DNA of 64,000 nucleotides from Gammaproteobacteria bacterium (GTDB lineage Bacteria; Pseudomonadota; Gammaproteobacteria; JBCCGL01): NCBI GenBank assembly GCA_965277715.1, contig OZ255836.1, positions 544,001 to 608,000 of the forward strand, read 5' to 3'. Shown piece by piece: positions 56,753 to 64,000 of this stretch (position 1 is its first letter; each line of letters starts with the position of its first letter). The notes under the pieces were generated by a model. It saw only the letters and a program-made list of their open reading frames with translations, ran no database searches and was not told where the DNA came from. The position numbers and the translations under genes were made by a program.

Positions 56753-58226
56753 TTATGGAACTTGGGTTATAGAGGGGGAGCCTATAACAGGAAAACAGTC
56801 TTCAGGCTTGAAATGCGCAAAGCTGTCGAGTGTTTGCCGGTTGCACTGTTCCTGAATGGCCGACCCGGGCTGTACGCAAGCGGATAATTTATAGCGGCTG
56901 CGCATAATGCGCGAGGCGTCAGTATCTTCGATACACACTGCCGCGATGCCCGCGACAATACCCCCTTGGCGTTCGACCAGGGCAACCCCGGCATTCATCG
57001 TACCACCGGTTTCGATCCATTGATCGACTAGCAGAACCCGCGTACCGGGTGCAAACGCAGGTTTGCGCATTTCCATCGTTTGGGTTTGGCCGGAATAGTT
57101 ACTCATATCGACTACATCGTAATCCACCGGGATCTTGCCGCCTTTGCGAATAGTCAAAAAGCCTTTGCCCAGCCGCACTGCCATACCGGCACCCAGCACA
57201 AACCCGGCGGCGTCGAAACCGGCGACGACATCAATCTCATCCCCGGTAAACGGTGCCAGCAGATCATCGAGCATAGCGTGAAAGCTGCGTGCATTGATAT
57301 AAGCGGAAGAGGGGTCTAGCCAGGCGTACTTCTCTCCACGTGAACGGGGTGCCATAGTGGCCAGGTAGTGGCGTTCGCTCTGCTCAATGGGGGGTTGCGT
57401 ATTTGCAGTGCCAAGGCTGGCAGATCGGCAGTAACGCACCAGGCGGGTCAGCCGTTGTGGGTCTATATTGTAGAAATCATTCGGTAAATTAATGCCGGTG
57501 GCGACCAGTACGGCATCCACATCCTGTGCGTAATGAACGATATTCTCCGGGGTAATGCCCGATGCCAGGGCCAGTGGTGATGGGGGCAGGGGCGCCGCGT
57601 CGAGAGCATCGCGAAATGTGCGTATTTTTGCCGTGTCAGCCCGCTGACCCGTGGCGATGCCCGAGGTGGTTACCACGTCCATATACTGTGCACCGAGTGC
57701 CGCAGACTGCGCATAGTCTGCCGGGTCTACCGTGCGTTGTTTCTTGAAGGCGATGCCGCCGAAGTACATACCCTGCCAGGTCTACCGTGCGTTGTTTCTT
57801 GAAGGCGATGCCGCCGAAGTACATACCCTGCCAGCCACAGCGCTGTTTGACGTTGTTTATTGCCTGCGCCGCGTATTGCTGTGTGGTATCAGATGACTCA
57901 TCAATACAGGCATCATCGGCCCAGTAAGCATCGACCGTACATCCGTCCTGCTGTAGCCTGGCGAGTATCGGGAAAGCCTCGCGACCGGTCACTGCCAGAA
58001 AATTGATGCCCAGCCAGAGCGCGGGAAAACGCTGGCGCGTAGCGTGGATAATCGGCAGAAACCGATCCACGGAAAAGTCGTGATTGATCAGGAATACCCC
58101 CTGGGCGCCACACTGCATCGCGGTGTTTACGTTACGTGTGACCTGATCAACGTCGACCACGTGAATGACCGGCAATACCGCAGGCCCTGTGCTCTTGAAA
58201 AATTTGCGAAATTCAGTGCGATTCAT
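56753..58226 (-). pseudogene. BtpA/SgcQ-like TIM barrel fused to an adenine-PRTase-like domain, frameshifted by a 55-bp tandem duplication
   Basis: N-part 'VLPVIH..GVFLINH..LGINFL..YFGGIAFKKQ'; C-part 'VVTTSG.ATG', 'LASGITPEN', 'IRKGGK', 'RVLLVDQWIETGGT'; duplicated 57724-57778 / 57779-57833. Confidence 0.8.
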
Positions 58227-58245
58227 TATCTGGACACCTAAAGGG

Positions 58246-58719
58246 TTAAACCGTCTCATTACCGGCAATATCCTCAAACCAAATGGCCGGTTGCTCGGCG
58301 ATAAAGCGCGCCATCAGGGCTTTACATTCGGCATCATCGACCAGCACCACCTCGACACCGTGCTGTTTGAGGAAATCGATATTGCCGGGAAAATTGACAT
58401 TTTCCCCCACCACCACGCGTTTAATGCCGAAATGGAGAATGGCACCGGTACACATCATGCAGGGGCTGAGGGTGGTATACAGATCAATCCCGGCATAATC
58501 ATCGCGCAGACCCGCGCTGCGCAGGCAATCGGTCTCGCCGTGCATCACTGCATCGCCCTCCTGGATGCGCTTATTTCTGCCACGGGCGATGACTTCGCCG
58601 TTTTTAACCATAACCGCACCAATCGGCAGGCCGCCTTGTTCAAATCCCTCGCGAGCTTCGTTGTAGGCCTGTTTGAGGAAGTCGAGATCGGCTTGCCGGG
58701 TGTCGGTTGGTTTTATCAT
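58246..58719 (-). CDS. Cytosine/nucleoside deaminase (FCY1-like)
   Basis: 'GGLPIGA', 'HGETDC', 'TTLSPCMMCTGA', 'VVGEN.NF', 'W.EDI'. Confidence 0.9.
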   Translation of the reverse strand: MIKPTDTRQADLDFLKQAYNEAREGFEQGGLPIGAVMVKNGEVIARGRNKRIQEGDAVMHGETDCLRSAGLRDDYAGIDLYTTLSPCMMCTGAILHFGIKRVVVGENVNFPGNIDFLKQHGVEVVLVDDAECKALMARFIAEQPAIWFEDIAGNETV

Positions 58720-59165
58720 AATGGTTGAGTGGATTGATTATCCGTTGCCAGGGATTGACAGCCTGTGTGCGCGATAAATGTAATGGCTACCTGTTTTTCC
58801 CGGAGCAGGGATAAACCGGGTGGTTTTTCCCGGTCGTCTGCCTGCGCGTGCATTGGTGTATTCAGGGGGGGCAGGCCAATCACGATGTGGCCGATAGAAA
58901 ACTGCAAAATCGTACCGACACTGAGTCTGTCCGGGTAGCGGGTGGTATACAACGTGAGCGCGGCCTGGTCATTGCGGCGACCGGCCCGGCGGATACAATC
59001 CAGCTCGGCAACTGCCACCGGATCATTGAGCGCCCGCCTGCGGTCATGGCTTTGTGCCACTACCTCACCGGCCTTTACCAGCACGGCCCCCACCGCCGAT
59101 TCACCTTGTGCCTGTGCTTGTTTTGCTTCGTTGCAGGCGATATCGAGAAATGTCTGGTGTGTCAT
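58716..59165 (-). CDS. Deaminase paralog lacking Zn ligands
   Basis: Aligns to its neighbour but HxE is VAE and PCxxC is PDRLS. Confidence 0.75.
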   Translation of the reverse strand: MTHQTFLDIACNEAKQAQAQGESAVGAVLVKAGEVVAQSHDRRRALNDPVAVAELDCIRRAGRRNDQAALTLYTTRYPDRLSVGTILQFSIGHIVIGLPPLNTPMHAQADDREKPPGLSLLREKQVAITFIAHTGCQSLATDNQSTQPL

Positions 59166-59284
59166 GTCGTTTTTTTTCTATGTGCCCTGTTTATCTGCAC
59201 GGGGTTGACCGTGCAGGCAATTATTTGTCAGGCATCAGTGGTTGCTGTAGAGTCGGCGGCAAAGATAACAGCAATCAAAGTGCA

Positions 59285-59911
59285 ATGAAAATACAAATTG
59301 TTGACCACCCTTTAATCCAACACAAACTCTCCTTAATGCGGCGCAAAGACACTTCGATTCGCACCTTTCGCGAACTGGTCAATGAAATCGCCATGCTGTT
59401 GGGCTATGAAGTCAGCCGCGACCTGAAACTGACTCTGGAAACCATCGAAACACCGATGGAGACCATGCAGGCGCCCGTTATCGAAGGGAAAAAGCTGTGC
59501 TTTGTGTCTATTTTGCGTGCGGGCAATGGTTTGCTGGATGGTTTGCTCAGGCTAATGCCATCGGCCAGAGTCGGGCATGTCGGCCTCTACCGTGACCCGC
59601 AAACACTGCAAGCCGTGGAGTACTACTACAAAGTGCCGTCTGATATAGGTGAGCGTTTAACCATCGTTGTCGACCCCATGTTGGCCACGGCAAATTCGGC
59701 GATTGCCGCTGTCGAGCGGCTTAAACGAGGGGGTGCCAAAAGCATGAAATTTGTTTGCCTGCTGGCGGCGCCTGAAGGTGTTGAGGCTTTTAATCAGGCA
59801 CACCCGGATGTGGAACTATTCACCGCTGCGGTTGATCGTGAGCTGAACGATCACGGGTATATATTGCCGGGGTTGGGGGATGCCGGGGATAGGATTTATG
59901 GGACGCGGTAG
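59285..59911 (+). CDS. upp: Uracil phosphoribosyltransferase
   Basis: 'HPLIQHKL', 'SILRAG', 'VGHVGLYRD', '[10 protein letters not shown]', '[17 protein letters not shown]'. Confidence 0.97.
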   Translation: MKIQIVDHPLIQHKLSLMRRKDTSIRTFRELVNEIAMLLGYEVSRDLKLTLETIETPMETMQAPVIEGKKLCFVSILRAGNGLLDGLLRLMPSARVGHVGLYRDPQTLQAVEYYYKVPSDIGERLTIVVDPMLATANSAIAAVERLKRGGAKSMKFVCLLAAPEGVEAFNQAHPDVELFTAAVDRELNDHGYILPGLGDAGDRIYGTR

Positions 59912-60273
59912 CAGTTTCTTCAGCGCGAATACTTTGGCTTAGGAACGTGCACGAAATAAATTCCGGGATTCGTCAATGCACCAATTTACCTTATATTTGA
60001 GTTAGCTGAGCGTGTTATCAACACATAGAGCATACAGTGGTGTTGTAGTGCAATTGCCCTGGGTGTTGTTAGGTTTCACTCGCGATGTTTTAGTGTATTT
60101 CTCTGTAAGTAACCAAACCCGAATACCTGTTGGCGTGTCGAAACCAAATTGACAAGACATCAGAACCAGGGGCGGGAGGTACAACTGGGATAAGTCTGTG
60201 CGTGAATGCCGAATGCGGCGCAGGCGGTGTCCGGCATACAGTGTCCGCGACTGTGTATCAGGCTTTTTGTTTT

Positions 60274-60314
60274 AACCTAAATTCCGCAGTAGATTCAACT
60301 TAGGAATTTAGGTT
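60274..60314. repeat. Palindromic dispersed element AACCTAAATTCC-N17-GGAATTTAGGTT (partial copies 24418-24452, 52509-52538)
   Basis: 12-bp inverted arms around a conserved AGTAGATTCAACT core. Confidence 0.7.
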
Positions 60315-61286
60315 TAACCGCCTGTTTGCCTGGGTAGGTGTCAAGCCCACCACTTTTTCTAATTTATCCCGGCTTCTCTGTTGCAGTGTGAGTTTACCCC
60401 GCTGGCTTTCCCAGTTAACCACGCTTACCTGGCTGACGCCGAGCAGCCGGGCAAAGTCGGACTGTGTCATTGCCAGGCTTTTTCGCAGCCTTTTTACTGA
60501 TGCGGCGGTCGCACTGAAGGGTTTTTCTTTTGCAATCCGCTTTTTCGTGGTTTTTTTGCTGCGCTGTACCTGTATCGGTGCTTCAGTATCGACTTCAATG
60601 TCAAATAGCGCGCCGAGGTCTTGCCCGGCCAGACGACGACCACTGCTTGCTTTGCCGGTGGCAATATCCAGCTCGGTATCGACTAATTCCTGGTGGTCGA
60701 CGCCGCGCAGTTTAAACAGCAGCTCCGGTTGGTTGTCCAGCCTGGCGCCAACGGCGTATAGCACGGCCGCCAGGTGTTTGCACAGGTGTGCCCCGTCAGG
60801 GCAGTCACAGTCGAGTGTAATTTCGCTGGGCTTGGGAAACAACCCGGTTTTTATGTCGGTGATGATGGTCATTATATGGCGGGAGAAACGCCCTTGTAGC
60901 AATTCCAGCATGGAGCCGATCTGCCCGCTACAGGCTTTTTTTACCTCGCACCATTTGTTCTTTGATAGCGATTTTATTGCAATCCTTATGCGGTAAATAT
61001 CTGACCCACTCACGTAGGCGTCGATGAGACCTGCGGATATACCCAGGTGGCAGACTGAGCCATTGCGCACGTAGGTTCTACCGCGTGGCAGGCGGTTGTC
61101 GTAGTCGCTGAATGTTTCCAGGTTTTCACACCAGGCGGCGCCCCAGAAGGTTTTGGCAATTTTGCGCCCGGTGATTTCTACAGGCTCTATCTTTTCGCCT
61201 TTCTTTTTTAGTTTTGCCATGGCTTTTGTGGCTTTGGCGCGCCGTTTGGCAACAGGCACATAGGGGGGCCAGTAGCTGTATGACAT
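60300..61286 (-). CDS. SWIM zinc-finger protein with C-terminal XRE HTH
   Basis: 'RLPRGRTYVRNG.V', 'CDCPD...CKHLAA', HTH 'LRKSLAMTQSDFARLLGVSQ.SV.NWE'. Confidence 0.9.
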   Translation of the reverse strand: MSYSYWPPYVPVAKRRAKATKAMAKLKKKGEKIEPVEITGRKIAKTFWGAAWCENLETFSDYDNRLPRGRTYVRNGSVCHLGISAGLIDAYVSGSDIYRIRIAIKSLSKNKWCEVKKACSGQIGSMLELLQGRFSRHIMTIITDIKTGLFPKPSEITLDCDCPDGAHLCKHLAAVLYAVGARLDNQPELLFKLRGVDHQELVDTELDIATGKASSGRRLAGQDLGALFDIEVDTEAPIQVQRSKKTTKKRIAKEKPFSATAASVKRLRKSLAMTQSDFARLLGVSQVSVVNWESQRGKLTLQQRSRDKLEKVVGLTPTQANRRLNLNS

Positions 61287-61299
61287 AACAGGTCTCTAA

Positions 61300-63999
61300 T
61301 TACTCGGTGTTGGCTTTGTCGATATCGAGTGATACCAGATGCATGATCTCATCGTTGCTCATTTCGGTGAGTGACATTTCACCACCGCCTTCGAGAATGT
61401 CAGCGGCCAGGGCGCTTTTCTCGTTGAGCATGGTATCGATTTTTTCTTCTATCGTACCGCGACAAACAAACTTATGCACCAGCACGTTGTTTTTCTGGCC
61501 AATGCGAAAAGCGCGGTCGGTCGCCTGGTTTTCCACGGCGGGGTTCCACCAGCGGTCGAAGTGGATCACATGGGATGCTTGGGTCAGATTCAGGCCGGTG
61601 CCGCCCGCCTTAATGGACAGTACAAAAAAGGGCGGGCCTTCCTCGCGCTGAAAGTCGTCGACGCGTTTTTGTCGCTGCTTCACCGGCGTACCGCCGTGCA
61701 GGATTAAACCGGGCCGGGCGAACACGCTCTGCAGATAATCGGCCAGTGCGCCGGTTAGCTCGCGGAACTGGGTGAATATCAGCACTTTTTCCTGGCGTGA
61801 GGCAATCTCTTCACAAATTTCTGCCAGCCGTAAAAACTTGCCGCTGTCTTTGGGGGTATAACTATCACCACCAGTCATTTGGGCCGGGTGATTGCATATC
61901 TGCTTGAAGCGTTGCATATACGCTAACACCAGGCCGCGCCGTTTTATGTCGTCCTGGGGTTGCAAAGCTGCGTGTAGTTCTCTGACAGAGCGTTGATAGA
62001 GTGCCGCCTGTCGTTTGCTCAATCCGCAGTAGGCGTGTATTTCGGTCTTATCCGGCAAATCGTCGATGATTGAGCGGTCTGTCTTCAAGCGACGCAAAAT
62101 GTAGGGCTGTACCAGTTTACGCAAGGGGGCGTATGGGTTGTCATCGCGGCTGGCGAGTGCTTTGGTAAATGTTTTGAAGCGACCTGCCGAGCCGAGTAAC
62201 CCCGGGTTGATAAAATCGAACAGTGACCAGAGATCGCCAAGGCGGTTTTCCACTGGGGTGCCGGTGAGCGCTATGCGCGCATGGGCGTTGAGTCGTTTGA
62301 CCATCTTAGTCTGGCGGGTGGCGGGGTTTTTGATTGCCTGGGCTTCATCGAGTACCACCAGGTGCCACTGCTGATCGTGCAGGTACGATTGCCCGGCGAG
62401 GGTGGTGTAGGTGGTGAGCACGGCGTCGATAGTGGCGAGTGATATGGCGGTATTGGTGGCGAGTTTTGCCATGCTTGCTTTATCCATTTCGCTGCTGTGA
62501 ACAAATAGGCAGCGCAATGAAGGGGCAAAACGCGCCAACTCCAGTTTCCAGTTGGATAGCAGTGAGGCTGGTAATACCAACAGTGACGGGGTTTTTTGTT
62601 TTTCCCGTTGCTGTGCTTTTTTGATTAATAACAACAGGGTAATGACCTGTATGGTTTTGCCCAGGCCCATGTCATCGGCAAGGCAGGTGCCCAGCCCCAG
62701 GCGGGAGAGCATCCACAGCCAATTGACGCCCTGCTGTTGATAGGGCCGCAGGGTGGCTTTGAGCACCTTGCCGGGTTTGGCGTCTTGTATGGCGGCGGGG
62801 GAACGCAATTGCTCAAGTAGTGTTCCCAACCATTTCCCGGGCGTGATAAACGACCAGTCTGGCGATGTTGCCTCGGTGTCTTTGCCGCTGAGATCAGCGG
62901 GGGCGCCAGCCAATAAACGCATGCCCTCAATAAACGACAGGCCACTACGGGCCAGGTCGGTGGCCACGGTTTCCCAGTGGTTCAGTGCCTCTTGCAGTTT
63001 GGCCTGGTCGACCTCTACCCACTGGCCTTTGAAGTTGACCAGCCCGGCATCCATTTCCATCAGTTGCTGTAGTTCCTGTCTGCTCAGTGATTGTTCGCCC
63101 AGGGCAATATCGAGTTTGAAATCCAACAGGGCGTTGGCACCCACTGCCGATTGTTTTTTGTCACCCAGGGTGATGCCGACTTTGGGGCGTGGGCGCTGTT
63201 GCCACCAGTTTGGCAGGCGCAGCAAAATGCCACTGGATTCGTAGTGGGGGGTTTCTTTTAAAAAGCGGTATGCCTCATCGGCGCGCCAGGCGAGTGGGTG
63301 GTATAAATCGCCGCTATCATAAAGCGCTGTAATCAATGGGCTATTTTCTGCGGCCCGGCTAACGGGTGATAACAGCTTGATCATCGCCTGTCGGTTTTTG
63401 CTGCCCGCGTACTCCTGTAGCGCATGGCTTAACGGTCGGTAGCGTAGTTTGCCGTGGTTGGTGACTGCCTGTGAGTAGGTTGCCATAAAGGCGAAGGGGT
63501 AGTCCGGGTCATTTTTGTTTTCTGCCAGGTGAAAGCAAACACGCCCCACCTGGTGCCATTGCGGGGCTTTATCGGCGAGAAAGGCGCTCAAGCCGCCAGC
63601 GGGAAGCTGCTCCAGCAGCCAGTCGTCTAGCTGCCGCCACAGGGCTTGCAGGCTGTCGGCACACAGGTATTCGACGCCCTGCATGGGTGGGGCAGTGTCC
63701 AGCAATGTGTTGATCTGGGCTTCGTCCAATAGGTCCAGCGGGGCTATGCCGTCCTGTTCTGGCGTATTCAGGCAGCGCGCTTTGAGATAGTGTGTAGCAA
63801 AGTTGCGCCAGTATATAAAAGTTACTGGCCATGTTGTTGACAGTGCTTTGCCTTTGATGGCCAGGTGAAATAAACCTTCAGCGGGGTGGTGGCTGAAGGC
63901 GGTGGTTATCTGTTGTTCAATCGCGGTATTATCGCCGCCTTCAGCGCGTGGGTAACAGTGAAGATGCCCGGAGGGCAGCAGCCCGATTTCGTAGTTCAT
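61300..63999 (-). CDS. SNF2-family helicase/ATPase
   Basis: 'LRPYQ', 'LADDMGLGKT', 'DEAQ', 'LTGTPVEN', 'HFDRWWNPAVENQATDRAFRIGQ'. Confidence 0.96.
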   Translation of the reverse strand: MNYEIGLLPSGHLHCYPRAEGGDNTAIEQQITTAFSHHPAEGLFHLAIKGKALSTTWPVTFIYWRNFATHYLKARCLNTPEQDGIAPLDLLDEAQINTLLDTAPPMQGVEYLCADSLQALWRQLDDWLLEQLPAGGLSAFLADKAPQWHQVGRVCFHLAENKNDPDYPFAFMATYSQAVTNHGKLRYRPLSHALQEYAGSKNRQAMIKLLSPVSRAAENSPLITALYDSGDLYHPLAWRADEAYRFLKETPHYESSGILLRLPNWWQQRPRPKVGITLGDKKQSAVGANALLDFKLDIALGEQSLSRQELQQLMEMDAGLVNFKGQWVEVDQAKLQEALNHWETVATDLARSGLSFIEGMRLLAGAPADLSGKDTEATSPDWSFITPGKWLGTLLEQLRSPAAIQDAKPGKVLKATLRPYQQQGVNWLWMLSRLGLGTCLADDMGLGKTIQVITLLLLIKKAQQREKQKTPSLLVLPASLLSNWKLELARFAPSLRCLFVHSSEMDKASMAKLATNTAISLATIDAVLTTYTTLAGQSYLHDQQWHLVVLDEAQAIKNPATRQTKMVKRLNAHARIALTGTPVENRLGDLWSLFDFINPGLLGSAGRFKTFTKALASRDDNPYAPLRKLVQPYILRRLKTDRSIIDDLPDKTEIHAYCGLSKRQAALYQRSVRELHAALQPQDDIKRRGLVLAYMQRFKQICNHPAQMTGGDSYTPKDSGKFLRLAEICEEIASRQEKVLIFTQFRELTGALADYLQSVFARPGLILHGGTPVKQRQKRVDDFQREEGPPFFVLSIKAGGTGLNLTQASHVIHFDRWWNPAVENQATDRAFRIGQKNNVLVHKFVCRGTIEEKIDTMLNEKSALAADILEGGGEMSLTEMSNDEIMHLVSLDIDKANTE

Positions 64000-64000
64000 T

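Noticed and set aside
60300-63999. SNF2 + SWIM pair as a novel defence system
   Set aside because: A widespread known gene pair; only the XRE HTH fusion is slightly unusual and no further partners are visible before the window ends

Overview
Bacterial chromosome window, probably from a (marine) gammaproteobacterium. Left arm (1-7.5 kb): 5' part of soxB and a DeoR-regulated Ugp-like sugar-phosphate ABC operon with EEP and HAD phosphatases. Right arm (50.7-64 kb): DUF547, an EamA transporter, a Pot-like ABC / nucleobase-salvage cluster (BtpA-PRTase fusion frameshifted by a 55-bp duplication, two deaminase paralogs, upp) and a SNF2 + SWIM pair. The centre (~7.6-50.6 kb) is an accessory island dominated by one ~38-kb minus-strand gene run: AraC regulator, RfaH with ops sites, then a headless P2/R-pyocin-type contractile tail (W, V, spike tip, J, I, three giant modular fibres, sheath, two tubes, E/E' with a -1 frameshift, a REP-repeat protein in the tape-measure slot, U, X, D, gp37-like). 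Directly downstream and co-oriented are an Afp15/Pvc15-like AAA+ ATPase, a TPR-GNAT protein and four toxin-like cargo genes (His-Cys protease with an eCIS-type leader, HNH-like, EspK/GogB/DUF1-like, PI-PLC). No capsid, terminase, integrase or lysis gene is recognisable. The best candidate for a new system is a P2-tail-derived, effector-loaded contractile injection system (tailocin/eCIS hybrid). All family assignments are from motif recognition by eye, not database searches.
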